Assembly: GCA_964187785.1 (NCBI GenBank)
Contig: OZ076409.1
Coordinates: 14,324,001 to 14,388,000 of the forward strand
Direction of reading: 5' to 3'
Length of the DNA stretch: 64,000 nt
From: Amphiscolops sp. MND2022
Lineage: Eukaryota
In this document: positions 13,069 to 24,444 of the stretch, piece by piece
How positions within the stretch are numbered: position 1 is the stretch's first letter
How the letters are laid out: the number at the start of each line of letters is the position of its first letter
Notes under the pieces: model-generated
The model's input: the letters and a program-made list of their open reading frames with translations, nothing else
What the model was told of the DNA's origin: nothing
Databases searched by the model: none
Position numbers and translations under genes: made by a program

Positions 13069-14088
13069 CACTTCCGATAAGCTAGTGTTATGGGAAAGTG
13101 CGGGCGCTTTTTTTCCGCGCGACAACTCTCTCGTTTCAGCCCGCAAGTCGCATAGTTCAGGCGTCCGTGGTCTAGTGGTACGATGCTTGCTTTTCAACCC
13201 AGAGGGTTCGTGTTCGAACCCGTGAGTATGCGCTAATTTTTGTAAAAGTAATCCGAAGCAGAAGGTTCTCACTTCTGCAATATGAGACTCCTTCCTTTTT
13301 TCGGCTTTGTGAGACATTTTTTTCGAAAAGCTTTTAATGTCCTCAAAGGGTCCTCCCTTCAACTTGTTTTGATATTTTGCAGCAGAACGAATGTTAAAAA
13401 ATCCCTAAGGGTCCTTTCTTTCAGATTTTTCGGCACTATGAGGATGTTAAAAATTCTCGTTTTTTGTTTTTTTTGAAAACTTTTTCAAAGACTCCAATGG
13501 GTTCCCCTTCAAGTTTTTTGAAATTTTGCAACAGAATGATTGTTAAAAAATCTCAAAGGGCCCCTTTTACAGTTTTCGGCATTGTGAGAAATTTCATAAT
13601 GAATATTTTTTGTCTTAAAATTAGGTTTTTTGAGGCCCAGCACGCTATATCCGAATTTTGTTTTTTTTAAGATACCGGCGTTTTTTCTATGCTACTTTTT
13701 TAAAATTTGTTTTCATCGAAGCCCCCCTCAATTTCTACTTAAAATGAAACGTTTTGCGAGCATAAAGGACTGCTCAAGGTTTTCGGCACTATGCGACTTA
13801 CCGGAGACCTTCTTCAAAAATTTTTTTCGAAAAATTCTATTTTTTCCTTTATTTTTCTGTTTTTTTTTAAATGTTTCCGTTTGAGAAAGATGAGTTTTTT
13901 GCTGTTTCCAGTTGGGGAAGAATGGTTTTCGAGATTCATGCGTATCCCTTCGGGTATTTTTTGGCGCTGTAAAAATATGAAATTTTAACAATGTCATTTT
14001 ACACTTGGTTCTCCGTATGATTTTGCTTATTTGGTTTTCTTCAAAAGTTCGCAACCTTCTGCGCAAGTGTTTCTGAAGCACCTCTGTG
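13069..14088 (+). mobile_element. Second copy of the CAC...GTG element with tRNA-like segment
   Basis: Collinear with 4423-5332; TA on both sides. Confidence 0.7.
13161..13232 (+). other. tRNA-derived segment (A box GGTCTAGTGG, B box GTTCGAACCC), tRNA-Glu/Gly-like
   Basis: GCGTCCGTGGTCTAGTGGTACGATG...TTTTCAA...GTTCGAACCCG; stems imperfect. Confidence 0.55.
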
Positions 14089-15061
14089 TATAATTTTAGG
14101 ACCATGTTTCTTATCCCCCAGTTACACCTTATTTCGAACCCCTCCCCAACACGATCGAACATTTTTATTCTCGGGGGAAAATATTTCACTAGTAAGAGAA
14201 TATTATATGAATGTGAATATTTAGAGGATTGTCTATGCAGCTGTTTTGACACTTCCAAGAAAAAATGACACTAATTTTTTTGATTTTGTTGTCCAAAATA
14301 GCCAAAATTCGCGTTTGGAATAAACTAAAATCGTAGAAAAAAAAGCCCTTAGTTCAACGCAAATTTTCTCCTCCATAAAGTCTAATTATGGCTACTTTTG
14401 GCAATCAATGTAGAAAATTATGTGGACATCAATCATTTTATTGGACCAAAATTTCAATCCAAACTGTCGACATAATGGCATTTGAACCTTGTTTCTTATC
14501 CCTTCGCCACCGCTTGTGGGGAAAGAGACGCATGGTCCTAACTTTATAATAACGGTAACCAATCGAGTTTGCAAAAAAACTCAGAAAAACTCTGAAGGAG
14601 TAACTGAAGTGTTTCGGACTCCTCCAAACAAGTAATTTTCTGTTGCACTTAACTTTCATGTTTCAAATTGCCCTTCACACGAGATTTTCAGATGAGCAGC
14701 AGTAATTTGTCTGAAATTATCCGATACTTCTGGCTGAGCCTGTGATCCCTACGTACTCTTGAAATTGACCTGAAGTAAATGAAATCAAAGGAACAAAATA
14801 TTAGTCGTTTCTCGTTGACAAAAAACAAGTTGGTACAAAAAATATATATCATACGTGACTGCAAGTTGCTTGCTATAAAATATTATAAAAAATTTAGTGA
14901 AGTCCTTTTGATGTCTGCATATGCGTAATTTTTCCGAGAAACCTTCCGAAGTTGAAGCATAGAAAATTATATTCGAGAGCCCGACTCAATTAATAATTAC
15001 TTAGAACAACAATGCTAGGAGAAAAGGCTGATATTGTGCTGAAAAGCCACATCGTATTGCG

Positions 15062-15190
15062 ATGCGCATTCAAAAGCCGAAATTTAGTTACGATCCGGCG
15101 TTTGAATTTTTCAAGTCGAAAATTAATAAATTCCCCAGACTTACTGAAGTGGCAAGAAGAATACTGTTGCTGAATGTGGTTTTTCCAAGG
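15062..15190 (+). pseudogene. Remnant of hAT transposase C-terminal dimerization domain
   Basis: DPAFEFFKSKINKFPRLTEVARRIL resembles the hAT consensus DPLxWWK...FPxLxxLARxxL. Confidence 0.55.
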
Positions 15191-15214
15191 CGTCTTTTAT
15201 GTTGTTCAATAGAA

Positions 15215-16583
15215 ACTAGACGGGAACGTCTAAAGTCTACGCTATATCTAAGGATCAAAAAGCGCAAAGTTTTAAAAATTGTATAAGGGGGGACCCTTTC
15301 GACTTTTTGAAAATCCAGTTTGTTGCAAAACATCAAAAAAATTGAAGGGGGACCCTTCGGAGACATTTAAAAAAATTCGAAAGATTTTTTGAAAAAAAAA
15401 ATTAGAAAGAAACGCAAAATTAGAATTTTGAAACAGTCTGATAGTGCCGAAAAAGTAGAAAAGGGAGACCCTTTGGGCTTTTGAAATTTCAGTTTGCTGC
15501 AAAATATCAAAAAAATTTGAAGGGGCCCTAGTCGAGATTGCTTAAACATTTTACATGCTGCATGGAAACATGCAGGCGAATTTTTTACAAAACACGGAAA
15601 ATTCCGGGAGCCTGCATGGAAACATTTTGTAAGATTACAATGCAGCTTCCACTGTTTCAATTAAAACTAAAAACATTTCCACTACTTCACCACCGCGATC
15701 ACTTTGTTTTCACGCGTAAGTTTCTCAAGTAAATAACTTATGTAATCACCGTTAGTCGCTACTTTGAAACTTATAATGTGACTGAAGTTTATTTGCATTG
15801 AAAGCGCGGTAAAATTGATGACGGTCTCAGCTGCTTTCAAAATTAGAACGGTGTCTTAATGAAACCTGCAAAACTTCAAAGGGGGAACCCTGTAGTCCCT
15901 TCCGGTTTTGTATCTTACGTTAAAAATTGAGTACATGAAAGGAGGGACCCTTTGCACTAACTTAGATGCACTAACTTAAATGCACTAACCCGCGCTAAAG
16001 TCTCACAATGCCGAAAAACTGAAAAGGGGGACCCTTTGGGGTTTTTCATTATCCATTCTGTAGCAAAACATCAAAAAATTGAAGGGGGAAAATTTTTTAT
16101 TTTCGGAAAAAAATCTCAGTGCCGAAAAAAAAACAGTAAGGGGGACCCTTTGGGATTTTCCAACATCCATTCTGACGCAAAACAGCAAAAAAATTGAAGG
16201 GGGGCCCTTTGGGGAATTTTTTTTCCAAAAAAAGTCTCGCAGTGCCGAAAAAAACTAAGGGAGACCCTTTGGGATTTTCCAACATCCATTCTGACGCAAA
16301 ACATCAAAAAAATTGAAGGGGGACCCTTTGGGGATTTTTTTTCCAAAAAAAAGTCTCGCAGTGCCGAAAAAAAATAAAAGTGGGGACACTTGGTCTCGCC
16401 CGGTATGGTATGTTACGCTGAAAAACAGGAAAAACCTTTTTGGTTCAGTTCGCTAGGCCAAATAGTGCAATTTGGTGCAATAATATTTTGTAGAACTTTT
16501 AAGAACTATTTTGGTCAGTTCGTGTGGATAGAAAAAAAGAGTCACTATAATAGTCGCGTTTCACTTCATGAAGCGCCGACTAA
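15215..16583 (-). mobile_element. HINE/DINE-1-like element interrupted by another repeat (~15530-15875)
   Basis: GCGCCGACTAA at 16573-16583 (5' subTIR on the minus strand); minus-strand 3' hairpin TAGACG-TTCC-CGTCTA ending CTAGT at 15215; tandem ~120-bp GGGGGACCCTTTGGG modules at 16020-16380. Confidence 0.65.
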
Positions 16584-16626
16584 AAAAGTATACGAAAACA
16601 TTTAAAAGCAGGGATCCTCATGGAAA

Positions 16627-16740
16627 ATTTTTGTAAAACTTCCCTACATCTTGGAATATTTTGGAAAACTTCCCTGCATCTTGGATTATTTTGGAAAACT
16701 TCCCTGCATCTTGGGTTATTTTGGAAAAGTTCCCTGCATT
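16627..16740 (+). repeat. 30-bp tandem repeat x ~4
   Basis: TTTTGGAAAACTTCCCTGCATCTTGGATTA-like units. Confidence 0.85.
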
Positions 16741-19605
16741 TCATAGAAACTTTGAAAAAGAGCCACTAAAATTTGACAAAAATTTTCCAGCAAAAATGCT
16801 GAAAAGGACAGGCAATTTTCCGTATTTTTTTTAAGTCTGTCTTAATTTTGACGAAATTTAGTTTTCTCAAAAAAGGTCCTCATCTCGAAAATATAGGAGC
16901 TGAGAAAAAAGCAATTAATAAAAAAATGAAAAACTACTGATTGAATATCTACAAATTGAAATTACGCAATCTAATGGTCAAAAGTAGTTTTGGGAACAAT
17001 TTCAACGTTCTTTCATGACTTGCATGGATGGATACGCATGATCCCTTCAAGTAAACCCTTCGATTTGTAAGAATTGTACAAAATACTAGAAAGGATGATT
17101 TTGCTGGATTTTCCCAGAGGTAGAACTTTGCAACCAAGACATTCCTAAGAAATGAGATCGAATCCAGAAGTCCAAGAACCAAGATATTCAAATATCTCGA
17201 CGAGCTGTTCAGGTGTCTAGACCAAAGTTTTTGAACCTTTCAGAAAAATCAATTTTTTTGAACCCAACATCTCTAACCTCGACAGTACACCGAGAGAAGT
17301 CGAGAAATTGACAAAATTTTGGCAAAACTTTTTCAAAGCTTCATTTCCGCACGAGTAATAGCTGCATCTCAAATCGGTTTTCTGTTCCTCAAAGCCCTTT
17401 ACCTTTCAAATGCACACTAGTTAGGTCGGGAGTTGGCGCCACTTGTTGGGCCTTTCAAACGTCGGTTGAACTCGTAACTGAAGCTTCATTGAAAAAACTT
17501 CTATATGCGTTTTCAATGGTCGCCTACTCTGTTACTAGAGTGGGACAGTAACTTAGCAAACAGTTGCTCAGTTATTGAGAAAAAGCGAATTTTCTGAAAT
17601 GTACTTTTCTGCATTTTTTCACTTTTCTCGATTACTTTTTTGCCAGTGGCTCAGAAAAAAACTATATTGACACAAATAACAATTCTCCCCAGATAGTCCA
17701 ATAGATTGTCGATAAGAAAGACATTTTTTCCTTTTCCTCTATGCTTTTTGCGTTTCGTAATTTATTATTGATTGCAAAAAAAGCACTGTCCCCATTTGAG
17801 GACGAAACCACTGTCGAGGTTAAGTAAAATCCAAAAGCGTGAACTGTTTGAACGCATTCCCGATCATGCCATCATAATTGCTCTCCCAAAACTTCAAATG
17901 GCGTGAAAATTGACCTTGATGTTGTCGTCATTTTCACAAGTTCTCACCAATCAAAAAAGAACTTTGACCTTTTGACGGATACATCATGTTGCCAATATTT
18001 AGTTATTTTATCATAGCTGAATTGTTCACGTAATAGTCATGTCAATTAAAAATCGATGAAATGTGGTTTTACTGTTATCGAATGCAAATAGAGAAGAAGG
18101 TTAAATAAATTTATCGAGGTTTGTGGTCACTGCAATTTCAATCAGGGCGCATTTTTATCATTTTCAAAAATCAGGTCAATTCATTTCAAGAGTTCACTGG
18201 TAAACTGATCAAATTCCATGGCAATTGCAATCTTAAGATATCAATGAACTATATCGATTGTAGAAAAGGGTCAAAATTGGCGAGTATCTCATGTTTTTCA
18301 ATAGCATGCAGCACATGATCTTTAGTTCATTACATTGCTCCTAAAGATTGAGATTTTTTGAACTCATTGAATGCTTTTTTAAATACTTTTTTAGTGTTTG
18401 GTGTATATTTCAGCAAAATATATTTCATCAGTTTTTTTTGCTAATTGCGACTAGGGATTGCAGAAAATCGTCACACTTGTGTGAAAAACTGGATTCGCAT
18501 GAATCCGTGACTTTTGCGTGTAATCATCGATCCAACATAATTTTGAAGGCATTTTGGTGAATTTTCAGAAACTCGTTGATTCAATGACAAATTACTTCCT
18601 GGCAGTTTTAACTCAAATTTTTACCCAAAGAAGTCCTTAGATTTTTAGAAGTAGTCAATGCGAATAAACTCTTTCCGAATTGTTTTATTGAAAATGTGAA
18701 AATAAGAAATGACTTTTTGTGTATGCCCTTTAGGAAATTAAACAAAAGACTTTTCAACATATTTTTACATTCTTTTTACATATACTAAACAAGATCTTCG
18801 ACCTTTTGATCGTTTAAAGGGCTTTTTAACTTTTAATCTCATCAGAAACAAGAAAATTGAAAAATTGCCAAGAAAAAAATCGCACAGTGCTGAACAATGC
18901 AGAGCGAGAGCCTTAGGTTTTACAATGGCTTTTTAGAGACTAAACGTACAAAGAAAACCAAAGGGGCCCTTTTGGAAATGTGAATCTTGGCAGGTGACAT
19001 AGAGACGAAGGGAAAAAATGATAATGTTGCTCATCGTCCAGTACGAATATAAAATACCAACACGACGGGTGTAAGATGGAATTACGGTAGCTTTAACTAT
19101 CGGTTGAGAATAGCTCCACTACCACTCAATTAAACCCGTAGGTACCATGCACGAGACAATGACTGACTGAGCATCTACATAAATTCATTAACTTCGACTG
19201 CAAAGAAGAATCCGTGAAATCGAAGACGGTGGGAGTAAGTGTGACAAGGAAATCACGTTCTTTTTACAAATTTGCTATCTTGCCATCTTTCGGGGCTGTC
19301 TCGCTACTCTTAAGCTGTTTTAGAGGAGTCTTTTCACTAATGAAAAAGAGCGGTTTGAAAGTCAATTAATATCATCAAATAGATAGGGCGATTAATGGAC
19401 ACAAACACAATTTCACATCCACGAATAATAGAATGGACATCGATTATAGCGGAGAATAATACGGATTACAGTAGGAGGCATGGAATAGGTTCCAGCAAGG
19501 TTAGTTGTAGTATCCGTGAGGTTGGGGTGTGATATCGAAGATATCAAAAAAATCATCGCGCCGAAAAATCTCTATCGGTCTTGGAGTGAAACGTTAACTA
19601 ACTAC

Positions 19606-19765
19606 CGGTGTATTCGTAGGCCACTCAGCCTGTGTCGGTGTATTCGTAGGCCACTCAGCCTGTATCGGTGTATTCGTAGGCCACTCAGCCTGTATCGGGG
19701 TCAGTGTATTCGTAGGCCACTGCGCCTGGTTTGGGGTCAGTGTATTCGTAGGCCACTGCGCCTGT
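19606..19765 (+). repeat. 30-35 bp tandem repeats, core GTGTATTCGTAGGCCACT x5
   Basis: Directly visible; 3 copies in unit 2 (24986-25085). Confidence 0.95.
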
Positions 19766-21388
19766 TACGATAGGATCACTACCGGACGCAAAGCAGCAAA
19801 CCGTTCTTAAGATTTCAACTCACTTTGTGTGTCGCAAAAATGGCGCACATTTCGTTCAAAATTACTTTTTCGGCAGTTTAGTCAATTAAGTATTCGTAAT
19901 TCGTCATCATTCCATTTTTTGGTGCCTGACTAAGTGTTGAGTAAGACAGTTCTCCCTACTTCGGTACTAAAAATTCTTCAGGAGTACATTTTCTCATCAC
20001 GAGTCAGTCCTGGTTCCACCTCCTTGTCAATCATGACTAGTTGTTTCACTTCGTTTTCAATAGAATTTAACGGGAGGTGTCACTGACTCAATTTTTCCCA
20101 CTTTAGTAAGCACGACTTGAACTTCGGCTTACTGATTGACATTTGCAGTTTTTGTCAGGTCTCTTTTTCCCACACGGCCACTGACAACTCTCTCCAGCTA
20201 GATATGGCTGAAGGAAATACTTTTCCACAATTTACAATGACCTAAAAGGCGAGTTTAATTCCTGTCCTAAAAAGTCGATTTTTGGGTTACGCATTCCAAG
20301 GGCAAAAACTAGGTGTCTGATCACCGGGGGCCAAAACTAAGCAATTCATCTGAAAGGACATTTGATGGGCTACAAAAATGCTAAATGTCAATATCTTTCT
20401 ATTTCATTTCCTTCACGGTGAAAAACGCCCTTGAAGTACAGTAGCGAAAAATCACGTTTTGATATTTACTGAATTCTCAACTTTGGAGGACTCGTACTCA
20501 TCCAATTCAAAAGATACAGGGTGGGGACCTATTTACAACGCTAGCCCAAGCCAAGAGGAGTATTTTGCAGTTTGGACCAAGATGAGGTCTCTAGCTTGCT
20601 TCAACAATTTTTGGTGACGGTTTTTCTAAAAGAGAAAAAAATCACAACTTTGAATCTTAGAGGTTCATCGGTAGCGCGCCGCAGGATTGTATTTATTATT
20701 CTATTCACTCCTCTGCTTCAGTTCTCAAGTACGCTGTGAAGGGGGCGGCTATTGTGCGCTTCTACGTCGAGTACTAAGCGATAACACGAGAAAAACGGCT
20801 TTTTAGACTATTTTGGGGCCATTTTTAACTTTTGCTGTTTCAAATCTCAAAAACTGCCGAATATTAGTTATTTTCCATTCACCACACAAGTTAAGACATC
20901 CATTTATCTTTAATTTAGGCCATATCCGAACGTTTTCTGACAAGTTTAGCGATCACACGAAGTTTTTAAAGGAAACTCATTTTTGGAAAATCGTCAAAAT
21001 TTTATACGAACTTATTTTCAACGCTTCACCCTAATATGTTCTTGTTGTTGCACGGGGCTCATATTCTCAACTTAAGCTTTCCTTCAGACGGGCTATCGAA
21101 TGCTGAAAACCGTTTATTGATATCTTTTTCCATCTTCGAGAAATCGCGTTTTGGTTTTTAATTTACATTAAGAGTGGGATAATTCCAAAGTGTGTGGCGG
21201 CCGTTTTCTTATTAGCTGTGCGTACAGCCACTAACAACGCGTTCTCATTTTCATTCATTTCGCTTTCTGACACGCTTAGCTGAGTTGCTTTCTATGCTTA
21301 TACCGCTCACTGTGAAGTTTCACACCTAGCCACTCTCCTTTACACGTGTTAACATAGCAATTCCGCTAACTTTCTATTCTTCGTAAAA

Positions 21389-22379
21389 ATGGCTTCTTCA
21401 TCTAATTCCCGTTCGTTAAAGTACTCTACTGATTACTCAACACGTAGTCAAGGCGTGGTTGAACGTATTAGTGATATTTATACTGGTTTTATTAACAATG
21501 ATAATGTTTCTGATTTCACTTTAATTCATGAACTTTGGCCGCGTTTCCCTACTATTTCCCCTGCTAATTTTAACTCATATTCTTCCTCGCAGCCAAGTAT
21601 TCTTGCTGGAGTAAATACGGAGCCTAGAGGCATTTTAAAGCAAATTTCTGACCAGCCTAATTTAACTTGGACCGATTTAGAAAGTATTTCTGACCCCTTT
21701 TAATTAATATTACGAAAGGAAAAGAGTATTCTGTAACTCGTGAATTTATTAATTCTTTGCAGGGTGATATGGATTTAGTTAACTGTATTACGTCTTTTTC
21801 ATTTGTAGACCAGATCGTGACTAGTAGTATAGGTTTGTTAATACAGGGCCCTTGGTTTTCGTATGCGCATATTGAAGTTGGTGGAGGCGATATTATGCTC
21901 TCTTGCATACGGGAATTTAGATCTGGTGTTCTACCACTACCAATCGATCTTCCCGCTTATTGGAACGATGTTGTAATAATGCAAATAACTTCATTGATTT
22001 CTTTCAAAGGGGGCCGCGTGAAAAGGAGGCGAAATATTTAAGCTTTACCATTCAACGGCCGGGTGACCTAATTTATACTCCCAGTTTGCGGGCTCATGCG
22101 ATGTTAACTCTAGACTAAGGCAGGCCAACAACTTTATCTGGTTGGGATGCTTCGACGATCGTGGATTCCAATATTATTACGCGGACATTAGACGAATACA
22201 ACGTGGGGGTACGACGTGGCACCTGGAGAAAAATTCTACGGACACAGGGCAGGGAGGAATTACGCAAATGGATGTTTTCGCCAGCAAAGGGCCCTCAAAC
22301 CTCGAAAGAACACCTTGTCAAACACTGGACGTATTGGGAGGCTTATTGTCCCCATCTACTTAATAATTTGTCTCCTTAA
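21389..22379 (+). pseudogene. Intronless JmjC/cupin 2-oxoglutarate-Fe(II) oxygenase pseudogene, copy 1
   Basis: Joining frames gives WFSYAHIEVGGG..YALLHTGI*IW...FTIQRPGDLIYTPSLRAHAMLTLD, the JmjC HxE...(K)xW...QxPGDxxxxP...H pattern. It has 2 frameshifts and 2 further in-frame stops. Confidence 0.8.
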
Positions 22380-22859
22380 TGCTATTGTGTACTAACTTGA
22401 TATCACACCCGGTTGATCTAATGTAACCTTGCTGGTTAATAAAAATTTACATAAACATCATAAAATAGTTGAAAAGGTCAAAAATCCTACATTCCCTCCA
22501 CTTGGACTACTACTCTCCTGAGTAGTTGGTTTTTTCAGATTTTATTCTTTTACTAGGGGTGTTTGGAAAGGTTAACTCGCTGTCCAGTCAGGATGTAATG
22601 TAATTTTGCTTTATTAACAACATTTATTAATTTTATAAACCAGTGGTTAGAATACAATAACTATAAAATCACTTCACACTTTAATAATAATACCCTTGGT
22701 TAAATACAATATGCCTTCACATTAAACAAAATGTAAAAAGTTTATCAATTCTTTTCCGATTTTTATCGGGCCTTCATTACCAGTTTAAATTGAGAGGCGG
22801 AAGTTCCAGTTTCGGGCTTTCTGGACTGCGGGGATTTTTCCTATGTAGTATTTTTCTTT

Positions 22860-23610
22860 TAATCGCTGAGGGAAATATCACCGCCGCAGTGGTATTGACA
22901 CCCTCCGTGTCGCTACTGTCTGCGTCGAAGGTCGCTACCTCTACTCCGGGGTCGAAGTCGAGCTGCTGACCGTAGTCGTCGTAGGGGTAGTAGTTGTTGC
23001 CGCGGAGTTTTCAATCGTCAAATGTTGAAACATTGCCCTTTGAAAAGTTGTTACATCTACACGGGGGCGGTGGGGCGGCTGATGGTAAACCTGGAACGAC
23101 TTGTCTCAGGGAGATTCTCCGTGCTGCACCCATCCCCACATGTATTGGTGCATCGGCCCCTTCCGGTGGAATCCTGTGTTGAGGGGATTCCCCTCTGCGC
23201 GTGGGCCTTCGTCGGGCAAGGCAAAGATCCTTGTCATGGTTGCCTTGAAATTTGCTCTTTCGGATTTTTCCATCGCCGCTTGAATTACTGCCATAAGTAT
23301 CTGACGAGTAAACTCGCAGTATAAGCTCAGTTTCATCCACCAGGGATACCAGAGGCCCTCCAGTGGGCAATACTTTTCCAGATGAAAATAAATGTAGTCG
23401 GCTTCCGGCGATGGAGTGTCGATCTTATTCCATTTATAAGTTATCAGGGGGTTTCCAGCTCGCAGGGTGAGCGGGAATATCCCCACCATAACCGGCATGT
23501 TGGCATTACGAGTTTCCTCGTTTGCGGAGCTATAGTATTGGTTTGGTACAAAGGCCGTAACATTTCCTTCTTGGATATTACTATTCGTGGACGATTGGGT
23601 GGGTTGGATT
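22860..23610 (-). pseudogene. Degenerate ORF of unknown function, convergent with the JmjC gene; Thr/Ser-rich tail
   Basis: ORF 23106-23498 extends upstream (STNSNIQEGNVTAFVPNQYY) and past one stop (AATTTTPTTTTVSSSTSTPE); GC higher than flanks; no recognisable family. Confidence 0.4.
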
Positions 23611-24444
23611 GTGAAACTTGTTTACGTTAGTACTGGAAGAAAAAGTTAGTACTGGAGGAATGATATCAGCGTTCAGAATCGACTGTTTAGTGGCAACTAA
23701 AGTTTCTTACTGACTGGATTTTCTAGTTATCTTCCTAAAACTTTTCTCCTCCCTCCTAATTTGATTGACATCTATTTTATCCTGGATATAAAATTTTTCC
23801 CTCATTTGTCTAAGCGGAGAAGGGGGTAGGGATGACTTGTCAGTCAATCTGATTAGGGCAAATCAAAATAGGGGGCGGAGTATAGTAACATTATCAGAAT
23901 TAAGGAGTTAAAATCTCACGGTTCTATATGGTTTACTGGTTTCATTGTGGTTTCTTTTATCCCTGGGGAGGGGGGGGGGTTGTGAGGCGCTGTCGGTTGT
24001 GGGAAGTTGTTGCGACTCCTCTGCTATCCCGGTCAAGCGGCATTTTCCTTCCCCCTGTTAGTTCTATCGCTCAACCCTCGTAGCACATCACTCGTGTAAA
24101 CACTGTTGCCCCCTTCATCGCAATCCATCATCGGACTTCCTGCATGAGGAATCTGCAGTCTTCCACAGCAAGTCGGCCTCGCCAGTCGGCTGAAGATCGA
24201 GTGATACTCGTCGGGCTAGTGTTAAAGAGGAGTCCTGGTGAATTTTCTTTGAAGCTCAAGGGTTCGAAGGATTCCACGTTCAGCAACGTAACTGGTGAAG
24301 AATATAACTGCATAACGGTTATAATGCGAAGGAAGAGAAGAGGAAAAAAATTATTTGTAGTTCAAAGTCGGTCATCAGTGAGAGGAAAGAGGCGATAACA
24401 AACAAGCAAAGATTACCCACCCAGGAGCGCCAATGTAAGTTTTT

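Larger units (their letters stand above)
19077..24444. repeat. Unit 1 of head-to-tail duplication (period 5368 bp)
   Basis: 19077-22491 is collinear with 24445-27797; both start TGGAATTACGGTAGCTTTAAC and end AAAAATCCTACA. 22492-24444 is present once. Confidence 0.93.

Noticed and set aside
13161..13232. Functional tRNA gene (also 4503-4575, ~44750-44810 and ~63880)
   Set aside because: Acceptor and anticodon stems do not pair properly, and the segments lie in repeats or are isolated remnants.
16950..17560. Possible decayed DNA transposase on the minus strand (RPL..., LKGPTSG, HASHERTLKL); similar hints at ~8000-8400
   Set aside because: Only scattered short motifs across several frames; too degraded to call.
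19606..19765. CRISPR-like short array
   Set aside because: The intervening sequences are themselves repeated; eukaryotic context; no cas genes.
22500..22530. ACTACTACT as a Polinton-like terminus
   Set aside because: No matching opposite TIR and no PolB, integrase or capsid remnants.
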